Assembly: GCA_016618085.1 (NCBI GenBank) | Contig: JABLTG010000010.1 | Coordinates: 1 to 64,000 of the forward strand | Source: Neovahlkampfia damariscottae | Taxonomy: Eukaryota | Direction: 5' to 3' | Length of the DNA: 64,000 nt | Shown: in pieces, positions 37,237 through 50,451 of the stretch | How the letters are laid out: every line of letters starts with the position of its first letter | Position numbering within the stretch: the stretch's first letter is position 1 | The notes under the pieces: generated by a model | Seen by the model: only the letters and a program-made list of their open reading frames with translations | The model's database searches: none | Told to the model about the DNA's origin: nothing | Translations under genes and position numbers: made by a program

Positions 37237-40200
37237 ATGGAGACGATACCTGGTGAAGTTGAAAAGAAAGCACCATTAATGCTACAAGAAATTTTGTCAA
37301 GTGATGATCTTTTAACGAAATTTCGAAAGTATTGCATGAAACAACGGTAAAACTGATTTTTTTTTTTTTTTGACAATTTTTCATAAAAAGATGTATAGAA
37401 AATCTCCTATTTATTGAAAGAGTCGGTGAATTTAAAAAAATGACAAAAGAAACCGAAAAATATCAAAAAATTCAAAAAATTATAGAAGAGTTTATGAGGA
37501 TGGAGTCTATTTTTGAATTGAATGTAAATCAAGCTCAATTCAAAGAAGTACATATAAAGATGGAAGAAACACCTATACCGATGGAGATCTTTGATTCTAT
37601 TCATACTACAGTTGAAATTTTGATGACTGGAACAATAAGAAATTTTGAAAAAGACTTACAAGAAAAAAAAGATGTAGAAATAGAAGATGTTAAATTGGAA
37701 GTTGGTAGAGAAGATAAAATCTTTGGGTTTTTGAAAAAAACTGCCCGAAAAGATTCAGTTGATCATAGTGGTTTATTTTCAAAGCCAAGAGCTCAAACTG
37801 ACAGACAAAATAATGGACATAACAATTCAATGTTGAGACTTTTCAAATTCAACGGTGAAGATTCCATAGAACGAAAAAAGTCTATAACAAAAAATGATGA
37901 TGAAAAATTTTTAAATTCAGCAAGAGAAGTGGATTCTGAAGGTTTAAACTCTTCAAGGAGTATTGTTGATGAAAAAGAACAAAAACCACTAAGTTTATTG
38001 GAAATGTTAAAAATTAACGCTGAAGATGAAGAAGAGGAGCAAGAAGTTCAATTAGTCAAAACAAAACCATCAAATTTTAAACAAATGTTCATGTACAATA
38101 GAAGTAATTCATTTGATATGAGACAACAACAACAACAACCTCAAAGTTCAAGACCTTTCACAGATCGAGGTCAGAAAAATAGATTCATTGATATAACTGA
38201 AAGAACTCGTTCTTTAAGTGATACAATGGGAGGAGATGAAAAAAATGATGTTTCTAAAAAAAAACAACCAAAATCACCTTCAAAGTTATCAATTGGATCA
38301 CCTAAAAAAACAAATTCAAAATTTCAAGAATTACCACAAGAAGAAGAGAGTCCAATGAGTTTTTTAGAAATGTTGCAAGGTTCAGAAAAAGAAGCTATCG
38401 AGATGGAAGAAAAAAAAAAGAAAATGAAAGAACATTCAGATACAAAGAGTAACACTTCAAGTGATAAGGAAATTTTAAGCCCAAAATCACGTTTAGGAAT
38501 TTTAGACATGATTACTTCTTCACCAAGAAAAATCATCATTCAAGAAGAAGAAGTGAAAGAAAAAAAACCAGAAATAAAAAAAGAACCTATGAGTTTTTTA
38601 GAAATGCTTCAAATGGGTGATGATGCCTTGATTGATGACGAAGAAGAAGAAGAAGAAAAACCAAAAAGAAAACAGAAAAAACCTATATTTTTCCAAGCAC
38701 ATAAAACAGCTGTCAGCTCAAAACCAAAAGAAAAACCTTTAGATTTATCACCACAGACAGAAAGATCAACTGGAAAAACAAGACAAGGTTTTATGGATTT
38801 CTTGAAAGAAGAAAATCAAAAGAAAAAAAAATTGACTGAAACAAAACCTCAAACAATCAAAGAAGTTATTCCAAAAGAAAATGAAGAAATGGAGAAGAAA
38901 AATTCAACTTTAGGTTTTTTGGAAATGTTACAAGATTATAGTCTTACAAAACCAAAAGAAGATGATTCAGTAATTATAGAACCAAATTTAGATGAAGAAC
39001 AAGAAGTAAAGCCGATGAGTTTCTTAGAAATGTTACAAGCAGCTGATAAAGAAGAGGAAGAAGAAGAAGATGCTAAAAGTGATTTTGGAACAACAGTTTC
39101 TCCAAAAAAAGGCAATCAAAAAAAGAAACAAACAAAAAGTGAAAAAGATGGAAACTCAGAGTCACATTCACCAAAAGTTTCAAAATTTTTTGACAAACTT
39201 CGTGGAAATAATCCTAATAGATCAAATAGTCTAGTTGAATCAAATGGAGGTGATATTAAAAGACGTGGTAGTTTTGTTGAAAGATTAAAACCAAAAAAAA
39301 AGATTTCTGTTGTGGAAGAGGATTCAGATCGGTCTTCAAGTGTAACTTTCATTGAAATTCAACAGGAAGAAAAAGTTGAAAATGAAAAACCAATGAGCTT
39401 ACTGGAGATGTTGAAAATGGAAGATGAAGAGGAGGTATCTGCTAGAGAAGTTGATGAAACAAAAAAATCAGTTACTGGAATGAAAAAGGTGTTCCAAAAT
39501 TTTCAAAAACCAAGAAAATCCATTACCCTATCTTCACCACAAGAGCAACAACATGTTAAATTTTTTGATCGATTTAAAGGATCAAGAGCTGAAAAAAAAA
39601 CTGCCAAAAGTGATACAACACGTTCAATTGATGAAGAAGATGATAATGAATCTTTGGATTTTGTTTCAATGATTTCTTCAAGAGGAAAAAGTACTTCAAA
39701 TGAAAATTTACAAAAAACAAAAATGAACACAGAAGAAAATCCATTTGAAAAATTAGCTCAAGAAAAGTTGAAAGGAGAGAATCCATTTGAGAAGTTGGCA
39801 CAAAAGAAATTGAAAGAAACCAAAATAAAAGAGGAGAACCCATTTGAAAAATTGGCACAAGAAAAATTGAAAGAAAAGTTGAAAGATGAAACTCTGAAGG
39901 ATGAGAACCCATTTGAAAAATTAGCTCAAGAAAAGTTGAAAGAAAAATCCGTGGATAAAAAAGATGATCTATTGAAAGAAGAAAATCCATTTGAAAAGTT
40001 GGCTCGGGAGAAGTTAAAAAATACAAAACCTATTGCGACAAAAGAAGAAAATCCATTTGAAAAATTAGCAAGAGAAAAATTGAAAGAAGAAAATCCATTT
40101 GAGAAGTTGGCACAAGAAAAATTGAAAGAAAAAGATAATTCATTCAAGAAAGTCAATCTGAAAGAAAATAAAAAAGAAACAAAATCAAAAGAGGAGAATC

Positions 40201-41291
40201 CATTTGAAAAATTGGCACAAGAAAAATTGAAAGAAAAGTTGAAAGATGAAATTCTGAAAGAGGAAAATCCATTTGAAAAATTAGCTCGCGAGAAATTAGG
40301 TGAAAAAAAATTAGTTCAACCAAAAATTGAAAAATCAAAAGAAGAAAATCCTTTTGAAAAATTAGCACAAGAAAAATTGAAAGAAAAAGATAACTCATTC
40401 AAGAAAACTACTATAAAAGCAATTCCTTCAAAAGAAGAAAATCCATTTGAAAAATTGGCTCAGGAGAAATTGAAAGAAAAAAAGAATGTTGATGTTCAAA
40501 AGGAAGAGAATCCATTTGAGAAATTGGCACAAGAAAAACTAAAGGAAAGAGAAAATTTGAAGAATGAAAATCCATTTGAAAAATTAGCTCAGGAAAAGAT
40601 GAAAGAAAGAGAAATGATGAAGAAAAAAACTGATCAAGATTTATTGAAAAAATTAGAACAAGAAGCAAAAAAATCAGGAAATCCAATTGAAAAAATAGCT
40701 CAAGAAGCTATCACAGAATCTTCAATTGACATATTAAAAGTTTCAAAAAATTTTCAAGAAGAAAAAGAAGAAAATCCATTTGAAAAATTGTATAGAGAAA
40801 AAAAGAAAGAAAAAGAATTACAACATAAAATCATTTCTCAATTCGATATTGACAATGAAAATCTGATTTTCAAAAAATCAAATGAATTCTTGCAAGAAAT
40901 TAAAAGACAAAATACTCAAAGTGATACTTCAAAAACTTCCAATTTAGATTTGATTTTTGATAAGATAAAAAAATCAAGGGAGAAAAAAGAATCTGAAAAC
41001 ATAAAAGATGAAGAGGATGATGATAAATCAACAAAAGAAGAATTATCTTCCAGGGATTCTTCTTTGAAGGAAGATGCTCCAAAAGAGAAGAAAGAAACAG
41101 AAATTCCAAAACTGGATTTTGAATCATCTGATGGTCCATTATCTCCAACTGAGAGAAGAATATTTACCCCAAGAGACAATCCTGATTTGAAGAAATTGAG
41201 AATGGCAAATAGAAAATATTCATCAACGAGAAAACTTTTAATTAGAACACCTACACCTACAGAAATCTTTGAAGAGGGAAAAATTGAATAA
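37237..41291 (+). CDS. RGS-domain protein with long low-complexity tail containing SFLEML and ENPFEKLA repeat arrays
   Basis: Spliced N-terminus LQEILSSDDLLTKFRKYCMKQR-CIENLLFIERVGEFKK...KIIEEFM....ELNV is RGS-like; 14 NPF repeats. Confidence 0.75.
39731..40800 (+). repeat. Intragenic repeat array GARAATCCATTTGARAAATTRGC (peptide ENPFEKLAQEKLKE)
   Basis: 14 ENPFEKL copies plus one degenerate NPIEKIA, with variable spacers. Confidence 0.9.
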
Positions 41292-41927
41292 ATCTTTCGC
41301 GTTGAAAAAGCACATAGAATTTAATTGGTTTAATTCTTTGATCCTTTGATAATTGGTTATTTTGTTATGTTCGAAGAAACATCCAGATGTTTATCAGAAG
41401 AAGAATGGAAAATAATTCATGGTGATGAAAAATTTCCGAAAGCATATCAAGAATTTTGGGAGAAAGTCACCAGAAAAATTAATGGAATATCTCCCGAGCG
41501 ACGAAAGAATAGAAGAATTGAGATAATTTTATGAGTCTCATCCTGAACCTGTGTCTGAAAATGAAATTATGAATATGTTTGATTTTAGTGAACAAGAAGT
41601 TGTGGAAAACAGTGATCAAGATTTATTGAAAAAAATAGAACAAGAATCAAAAAAATCAGTAAACCCCAGTGAAAAATTAGCTCAAGAAGCTATTACAGAA
41701 TCTTCAATTGACAAATCAAAAGTTTCAAAAAAATTTCAAGAAAAAGATGAAAAAGAATTTCAATCTCTTGTCGAACAACTCAAAGAAAAGGCTTCAACAT
41801 TGGAAAATTATTTACAAAAACGGAATTTGGGAAAAATACTGTGGAAGAAAGAAAGGCAATCATTGATTTGCTGGAGATCATCAAAAAGTTATGATCAAAC
41901 AAAATGTGATACAGTGATTGGTGGAAA

Positions 41928-43341
41928 ATGAGTTATGATGATTGTGAAGTGTTAACAAAATCGAATAAAATTTTCAACATCACATTCATTTCTAATGATG
42001 AAATCGGTTTGAAACCAAAAACTAAAAAAAAAAAAAGACTCGAATATTTTTGTTTCACACATTTGTAACAAATTCAATTTTTCTGTTTTAAAAAAATCAA
42101 AAAAATTAGAATTCACTGGTGAAACAAAGTCTATTAGTACTATTACACAACTTTATTATCCTTATCATCATGTTTATTACAAAGAAAATTTATTTTATTT
42201 TTTTGAAAAAAAAGAAAACAATTTTACTGAATCAAAATTGAATCAAATCAATTTAGAAACAAATGGAACTGTAATTTTTGTAAATTATTTTCTTGGTATA
42301 ACAAAAGAAATTCAAAAAATTTTAAATTACCATAAAGAGAATCACATGAAACCTATGGTAATGCTTTATAAATTAGAAGATGCATTTTTTTTGAGATATG
42401 AGAAAGAAAAGATTTATCAAAAAATTTTAAGCATTTTAAACAATGTCAAAAGTATATTACCTTTTTTTTCATTTGATCATGTATTATTTTTTTCAAAAAT
42501 TGGTTTTTGTTTTCATTTGGACAATTTTTCAAGAAAATTGACGAAAAATTTGAATTTGAAACCACATGAAATATCAAAAAGATTATTTGGGGATCATTTT
42601 TTTAATGAAAAAACGAAACAATGGTCGTGTGAAAAAAAAGAAAATTTTGAAAGAGGATTTAATCTATTTATTTTGAAACCAATTGATAGAGTTTTTAAAA
42701 TTTGTTTTCTTTACACAAAGTATCACAAGCAGGTGGATAATTTTATTGAGAAATTTAAAATTAAGACTGAGAGAGATTTTAGATTATTGAAACCAAAAGA
42801 AAAGATTAATGTACTATTAATGGGATTTTTACCAATAGAAAATTGTTTAAAAATGATGTTAGAAAACTTTGCTCCGGTTGATGTTCATCAAAACTTGAAA
42901 TATTATAAATATTTCAATCTCCAATCACCTTTCAATAATTTGGTATTGGGTGATGTTAGAAAATGTGATCCAAAGGGAAATACAGTCATTTTAATAATTA
43001 AAGAAGTGTTAGATGATGCAAATTCAAAATATTTTTTTGGAAAGATCATGTCAGGAACTGTAAAAGTTGGTCAAAAATTTCAAACGAACAATGGTGAAGT
43101 TGATGAAATTAAATCTGTGTTTTTTAATCCAAATTTTGAATTTCACATATCTGAAGTTGCATGTGGTAACTTTTCTGTATTTTCATCCATAAATTCGAGA
43201 TTTAGCAACGGTGATACTTTGACAGAGCCTAATGCAGAATTTCAACATTTGAAAATTGAATATCACAATAACTTGGATTTTTTTTATGATGATGGATTGG
43301 AATTATTCTGCAACGTAAAATTTAAAATCAAAGAATTTTAA
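41928..43341 (+). CDS. Divergent eEF2/EFL1-derived protein (degenerate G domain + domain II only)
   Basis: RLFGDHFFNEKTKQW, ERGFNLFILKPI, VRKCDPKG and FGKIMSGTVKVGQK resemble eEF2. KIFNITFISNDE sits where RNMSVIAHVDHGKS is expected. Confidence 0.65.
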
Positions 43342-43934
43342 AATGCTCAACTCACAAAATGGCAAATTTGGAAAATTGAATTTGTCGAGGTTGATTGTCA
43401 ACTAGATGTATTTTTTTTCTGAATCAATATCATCTAGATTCGGAATATACAGGTGAAAGGTCACGAATATCAATGGGTTCAAGTCATCATACTTGGAATT
43501 GGTGGGATGAATATATCTCCTATTTTAAATCCAATCCCTTCAGAATCTGAACAATTTAGAATTATTTTCTTCAGCAAAATTAGGAAATAATATGTTTTTT
43601 CTGGTGAATTCTTCAGAATATTCAAAAAAGAAAATTTGATATTGTTTTAATTGGTGGAAATTTTCAGTGAAGAAACAAAAAAGCAATATTTCCTTCTTGA
43701 ATCAAAATTCATAAATACAACATTTAGATGATTGATTCAACTCATTGGAGAATTGATTTAAGAAATAAAATGATTGGTCAAAAAAAACTCTTTCTTTTGT
43801 CTTCTTGATGTGTTATCAAAGTAGAGATGCTGATTGCATATCTGTTTATGAAATAATCAGAATTCCGAAATTAACATGTTTAAAAAGACCTAAAGGCTAT
43901 TGTAGTGCGTTAGGACATTACCTTTAGTAAGATT

Positions 43935-45695
43935 TTGTTATTTAACAAATTACAAAGTGGATATTGTCGTTGCCTTCACCCAAAAAATGTTTTATCACTT
44001 TTCCATTTAAAAAGAGCTTATGCTTGGTTCAAGTTTTTCACATTCTGGGTGAGTCCTATTATTTCTTCAATTCTGTTTATAATTGCCATCAATGCATTTG
44101 TAAGCTTTATTGGCGTTGCTACTGATTTGGTGGTAAGTACAACTTCAACATTTTTTTTTATTTTATTCTTTAGACCGTTGCCAAATCATGGAGAAGTCGA
44201 CCAATCATGGATATCCGAACTACAACTGGTAATTGCTTGAAAAGTGAAGAATATTTCGAAACCGCTGCATGGTATTATTTTATATCTTATTCAATCTTTT
44301 CAGGTTATATCCTGGTAATTATGAAGGATGTAGGTGTCCGCAAGCAGTTGACATTCCATTTGTTAGTTGCTCAACAATTGGAAGTCCTGGAGGTTGCACA
44401 ACTGTAAAAGAAAAAAATGGGTTCAGATTCAACAAATGGCAAAAAAGAAAAATTTGTATTATTAGAGGAGGTGATGCTGTGGAAACAAGATCACCACCAA
44501 ACGCAGATGATTCTTGCCCTCAATATCACATTTCTTGTGGTCCTATTTGCATGAAAAATGTTACTAAATGCCCAATTACTTCATTTCAATATGTTACTTC
44601 TACTACTGCTGGTGCTATTAACTTAGGAAATATTTATGTTTTACCAAAGAGAAATGAATCTATTTCTGCATTACCTGTGAATGATATTATCATTCATGAA
44701 GAAGTTCCATGCGTTGGAGGTGTTTGTAGAAACAAAAGAACTCAATTATTAAAAAATGGAATTTGTGACAAAGTTTGTAAAGATGATACTCGATGGACGA
44801 AATTGGCAAATCAAAATGAAACTGAAATTTTTGATGAACTTGGAATATCAAAAGGTTTAGCAACTGGATCAGTGAAATACTATTTAAGTTATAGAACCGA
44901 AATTCTGTGGGAAAGAGCAGGTGGAAAGATACCAACTTTAGCAGATCAAAAATATATTCTTTCAAAATCTGACACATTTGAATTGATCCCTTATTTTTAT
45001 GAGTTCAGTTTTTATATTACAATTGTTGATTTTGTTATACTAACTGCTGTTGTTCCAATATTGGCATTATGCACTGATAGATTACGTTATAATTTTTTTC
45101 CTGAAAGAATGCATATCAGTAGAGTTGATACACTAAATCAACTTGGTTTATTTGCAGATGCATTTGCAGGTAATTAAAAAAAAATTATATCTTAAGTTTT
45201 GTAGTTGGAATCAAAGGATTGCGTTTAGCACCTGTAGGTTTTTCATTTTGGGTTTCTGTTGGATTTTGGAAATTTTTTGAAGATTTACTTCCAGCAACAA
45301 CTGATCCTATAACTAAAGCAACAATACGAGAAATTGCTGGGAAATATATTGCCTTTGGGTTGATTATCAATGCTATTGCTTTAACAATGGCTGTGATCAA
45401 TTTCATTGCTGCTTTGTTATTCCTTGTTCATGCATTTTATAGTGATATTCATTTTGTGCTGTTAAATTATGATGAAATATCATCAGATTATGATGAAGTT
45501 AAATCTTTTTCTGGGTTGGTTTTAGTCATTTGGTTGAATTACAAATACAAAATTTACAGATTGATTTTTGACAATTCTAAACTCTCAGTGTTACCCTTTT
45601 TTGAGTGCATGTATGGAAAGAAATACGCAAAACGAGATGCAAGTGATGTCAGAGATATTGATGATAATGATTACTTCTATGATCAAAAATTATAA
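43935..45695 (+). CDS. Multi-pass membrane protein with Cys-rich extracellular domain; start uncertain
   Basis: Consecutive ORFs separated by short introns; TM helices flank a Cys-rich region (CPQYHISCGPIC...KCPIT). Confidence 0.6.
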
Positions 45696-46307
45696 ATATA
45701 ATTTTATCTTTTTTTATTTCACACCCAACCATTAATGATGAAAAACAACTTTGAACTTTAACCAATAGATTCTTTTTTTGATGTCTCAATTTCGTATGTC
45801 AATTCAGGACACTCCCAAAATCTTGTTGATGTTGGTTGTATTAATAATAGGATATGTGATGTGCTGGTTTCTCACCATTGTGATGGGTCCTTTGGTTCTA
45901 CTGCTTGTTGTAATAACAACCCATTTGATATAAAAAATGAAAACATAAATTGCACTTGGTACATGCCAAAGATAAGTGAAGTAAAAATGTGAAGTAAGTT
46001 TCAAGCTGTACAAAAAAATAAAAAAGCAAATGTATCTGAAGTGTCCTCTTTCGGTGAAATATAGAAATTCTTGGCCAGTTTGAACAGGATCTGCTTCACC
46101 TATTGTCTGTGGTTCAAAGAATTCAAAAACACAATTTTTTGTGACGTTGTTGAGTTTGACGTAACTGAAAATGAAGAAATCAACTGGATTTTTAGAGACA
46201 CCACTCAAAATATCGAAAATTGTACTGAACTTCAACAATATATTGTTGAATGAAAATTACAAATTATTTATATTTTATTCATGTTAGTTTGGATAACAGA
46301 CAAGTTA

Positions 46308-46392
46308 CTCTGGATAGCTCAGTTGGTAGAGCATTCGACTGTAGTGTTTCATAGACATCGAATTGTCGCTGGTTCGATTCCTGCTCCGGAGA
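46308..46392 (+). tRNA. tRNA-Tyr(GTA) with 12-nt canonical intron (46345-46356)
   Basis: Acceptor stem CTCTGGA/TCCGGAG + A; D arm TAGCTCAGTTGGTAGAGC; anticodon GTA; GGTTCGATTCC; one T:T mismatch in the T stem. Confidence 0.9.
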
Positions 46393-46470
46393 TTATATTT
46401 TTTCTTTCTCGATGGAGCTGAATTCAACTGGATCATAGGTTCATTTTACACATAAAAACCAGACCAAGTG

Positions 46471-47934
46471 ATGTCAGAACAAAATTTTGAAGAAATTTCT
46501 TGTGAATTTGAATGGGTGAAATATGTGCAAGAAAAAATCACAAACAACACTGTTTCTTGCCTCAATTTGAGCAGTGAGAAATGGAAGAAATTAAATTTTT
46601 TTACAGATTTTTGTTTGGATGAAGGAGAAGATGAAGATTTTTTTTTTTCATTTTTGAAAATTGAAGGAGTTGTTTATGCAAATTTTCAAAACTTTCTCGA
46701 TGAAGGACTTTTTGAAGATTCAAAATTCTTAAAACTGGTGATTTCTGGTATTTCTACATTTTATTAATTTTAGATATTAATGGATGCAACTTGACTAAAT
46801 GCAATTATAAATTAATTGACCTGGAAATTGATGTCAACGAAGAAAACACTTATTATGTGAGTAGATTATTTGATTATTTGCCGAATCTAGAAAATTTGGT
46901 ATTGAATTGTTCAAGTTCACCTGAATTATCATTTGTTCTCTCACAACTATTAAAGTTGAAATGTTTGAAATTTTTGAACATCAAATGTAAATTGGAACAA
47001 TTGGTTTTAAAATTTTGAAGCTACTGATTTGAATGCTTGTTCAATTAAAATCATTTTAGATTTAGTTTCTAAAGGTGTCAAAGTTGATTTTATTGCTGAT
47101 GATAGTGTGACATATTATATTAATGCAATCACCAAGAAAGAAAAGTTCATTTACATTTCTCTTGATATTCTCACTCCTCTTTCAGAAGAATTAATGTCAA
47201 AAGGAGATAATTCAAAATTCAGTTATATTTTTTTATGTGTAAATCAAAAATTAATAATCTTTTAGGATCATTCTTGCGGTCATGATAAGTTGATTCATTT
47301 CATGGTTAATTCACTTCCTTATTTCAAAAATGTAATTTCATTAAGAATTGATTCTTCAGGAAATTTAAATTCAATACTCAAAAAGTTGAAGTATTTTCCA
47401 AATATTACAGACTTGGATTTCATCAATTTGATTGGTCAACAAGATTCATCTTGGATTTTTATTTTATTTGATGAATTGAAAATGGAATATTTGAAATTGA
47501 AAGTACTTCTGCCGTCTACAGTTCTTCTTTCAAAATCATTAAGATCAAATCAATCATTAAAAAGACTGAGTTTCACTTTTTCATCACAAATTGTGAATAT
47601 CTGTGATGTAATGGAATTCTTAAAAGGAAACAAAAATTTAAGATCTTTTGAAATTATATTTCTGGAACAAACTGAGACATTTTCAAATTTATTGTCTGAA
47701 TTCCTTGATATTTTGTCGACAACTAATATCGCTAATTTTTTTTGCATCATTGGTCAGAAATATTATTTTTGCAAAGAATTTGATAGAATTACTAAAATGA
47801 ATAGAATACGCTTGGAAATTGAAACGAGATTCAAATTCATTTCAAAGGTAGCTTGTGATATGAATTTCAAATTTGAGGAAACAAAGAGAAAATTTCAGGA
47901 TACTTCATCACCAAACAAAAGAAAAAAAAAGTAA
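46471..47934 (+). CDS. Divergent LRR-like protein, multi-exon
   Basis: LPNLENLVLN, LKFLNI, NITDLDF, SLKRLSF and NLRSFEI repeats across short-intron-separated ORFs. Confidence 0.6.
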
Positions 47935-47993
47935 ATATCTATTTTTGGATTCACAATTGTTCGAAATACCAACCAATCAAATTTTCTTTCCTC

Positions 47994-49285
47994 ATGATGA
48001 AGAAGTACGTGAAGACTAGAACATATAATGGAAATACGAAGGACAAATATCATAATAATCAAGTGATCACACCACATAACAATTCAGAACAAACTATTAT
48101 GATGAAAATCTATATCACACAAGACTTCACAGGAGTTCCAAGGAATTTATTTCATAAAGGAAATATTGATAGAGAGAGAACATTTGCAACTTGGTTAGCT
48201 CCAGATTCAAATACTCTACATTGTAGAATATCAACAAATAGCACTGTTGATGATGGTTTCAATTCAAAAATTGTGCTAAAAAAAAATCAATGGCACAAAC
48301 TCACTTTCATTCTTAAAGATGATACATATTCACTTTATGTTGATGATGTCTTGGATACTTGTCATAAATTTGTTGGTAAAGTTATTTTTAACAATGGACC
48401 TTTGTATATTGGAAAAGATCCATGGTATACTGGTTTTGTTGGGAAAATAGCCGATTTTACAATGTATTCAAAAGCAATGACTCAATTAGAATCTAATGAA
48501 TTTGATAATTTGGAAGAAGAAAAAGTATCAAGTTTAGGAAATTCATTGGGTGCTTTACTTGTCAATTCTTCGTTCACTGATTATACAATTCATTTGAAAT
48601 CAACTGAAATCAAATGCCATCGTACATTACTTATTGCTCGTAGTAAATTCTTTTTAAAATTGTTTGAATCCAAAATGGAAGACTCAAAAAATGATTTCAT
48701 TGAATTAAAAGATTTTGAAGACAAATTAATGAAAATTGCAATTAATTTCATTTATACAGATGTTTNNNNNNNNNNNNNNNNNNNNNNNNNNNNNNNNNNN
48801 NNNNNNNNNNNNNNNNNNNNNNNNNNNNNNNNNNNNNNNNNNNNNNNNNNNNNNNNNNNNNNNNTCGTAGTAAATTCTTTTTAAAATTGTTTGAATCCAA
48901 AATGGAAGACTCAAAAAATGATTTCATTGAATTAAAAGATTTTGAAGACAAATTAATGAAAATTGCAATTAATTTCATTTATACAGATGTTTTAAAAACT
49001 AAAGGATGTTCTGGATCTGATTTAATTGATTTAATGAACATTGGAAACTTTTTAGAAATTGATAATTTCTCAAAGAAAATTTCACAAAAAATTGAATTTA
49101 TTTTATCAATTGAAAATATTTTTGAAATTTATTTGAAATCATTTGAATATGATTTTCAAGAAGTTCAAAATTCATGTGTAGAATTCATTGTATTTCATTT
49201 CAAAGAAATTATTTTGCTCCCTCAATATTTGGAATTACCAAAAGAATGCATCACAAAAGTTTTTAAAGAATACTCAAAACAATAA
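47994..49285 (+). CDS. Concanavalin A/LamG-like + BTB(-BACK) protein, copy 1 (spans an assembly gap)
   Basis: QWHKLTF...SLYVD...GPLYIG...GFVGKIADF (LamG); KCHRTLLIARSKFF...FIYTD (BTB). Confidence 0.8.
48766..48864. other. Assembly gap (99 N) with duplicated flanks
   Basis: 48865-48992 repeats 48638-48765. Confidence 0.95.
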
Positions 49286-49373
49286 ATAGTCTGAAAATAA
49301 TCTCCCAACATCCATAAATGAGACTAAAAATAGCAGATTTTCCTAACCAATCACATTTGGTTTCTCTCATAAA

Positions 49374-50435
49374 ATGAAAAAGTACGTTGAAAACAAAACA
49401 TATGATGGAACAAACATTGACACATTTGATAAAAGTCAATTTGTTAAACCATACAAAAATTCTCAGCTTTCAATTTTGTTAAGAATATTCATTACCCAAG
49501 ACTTTACAGGAAAATGGAGAAACCTTTTTCATAAAGGAAATAGTGATCAAGAAAGAACTTTCGCAACATGGTTATCACCAAATACAAACACTTTACATTG
49601 CAGAATATCTACAACTCATAACAAAAATGATGGTTTTAATTCAAAATCTGTTTTGAAAATAAATCAGTGGTACACAGTTGCATTCGTTCTCAGTGATGAT
49701 ACATATTCACTTTATATTGACAATATCCTGGATACATGTTATAAATTACCTGGTAAAGTTATTTTTAACAATGGTCCTTTGTATATTGGAAAAAATCCAT
49801 GGTACAACGGATTTGTTGGAAAAATGTCTGAATTTAAAATATATTCTAAGGCAATAACTAATTTTCAATCTGATGATTTGGAGAATTTGGAAGATGAAAA
49901 AATATCAAGTTTAGGGAATTCATTGAATCTTCTTCTTCAAACATCAATGTTTTCAAATTACAAAATTATCTTGAATTCAGAAGAAATTAAATGTCACCGT
50001 TCATTATTAGCTGTTCGTAGTAAATTCTTTTTAAAATTGTTTGAATCCAAAATGGAAGACTCAAAAAATGATTTCATTGAATTAAAAGATTTTGAAGACA
50101 AATTAATGAAAATTGCAATTAATTTCATTTATACAGATGTTTTAAAAACTAAAGGATGTTTTGGATCTGATTTAATTGATTTAATGAACATTGGAAACTT
50201 TTTAGAAATTGATAATTTCTCAAAGAAAATTTCACAAAAAATTGAATTTATTTTATCAATTGAAAATATTTTTGAAATTTATTTGAAATCATTTGAATAT
50301 GATTTTCAAGAAGTTCAAAATTCATGTGTAGAATTCATAGTATTTCATTATAAAGAAATAATTGTTCATCCAAAATTTTTGGAATTACCAAAAGAATGCA
50401 TGTCACAAGTATTCAAAGCATATGTAAAAGAATAA
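49374..50435 (+). CDS. LamG-like + BTB(-BACK) protein, copy 2 (tandem paralogue)
   Basis: Complete 353-aa ORF homologous to copy 1. Confidence 0.88.
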   Translation: MKKYVENKTYDGTNIDTFDKSQFVKPYKNSQLSILLRIFITQDFTGKWRNLFHKGNSDQERTFATWLSPNTNTLHCRISTTHNKNDGFNSKSVLKINQWYTVAFVLSDDTYSLYIDNILDTCYKLPGKVIFNNGPLYIGKNPWYNGFVGKMSEFKIYSKAITNFQSDDLENLEDEKISSLGNSLNLLLQTSMFSNYKIILNSEEIKCHRSLLAVRSKFFLKLFESKMEDSKNDFIELKDFEDKLMKIAINFIYTDVLKTKGCFGSDLIDLMNIGNFLEIDNFSKKISQKIEFILSIENIFEIYLKSFEYDFQEVQNSCVEFIVFHYKEIIVHPKFLELPKECMSQVFKAYVKE

Positions 50436-50451
50436 AGTACTAAAGAGAATT

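Noticed and set aside
39731..40800. GAAAATCCATTTGAAAAATT repeats as CRISPR or satellite
   Set aside because: They lie in frame within a 1283-aa ORF and vary at synonymous positions, so they are protein repeats.
48865..48992. Apparent tandem duplication within LamG-BTB copy 1
   Set aside because: The exact repeat flanks a 99-N gap; most simply an unmerged contig overlap.
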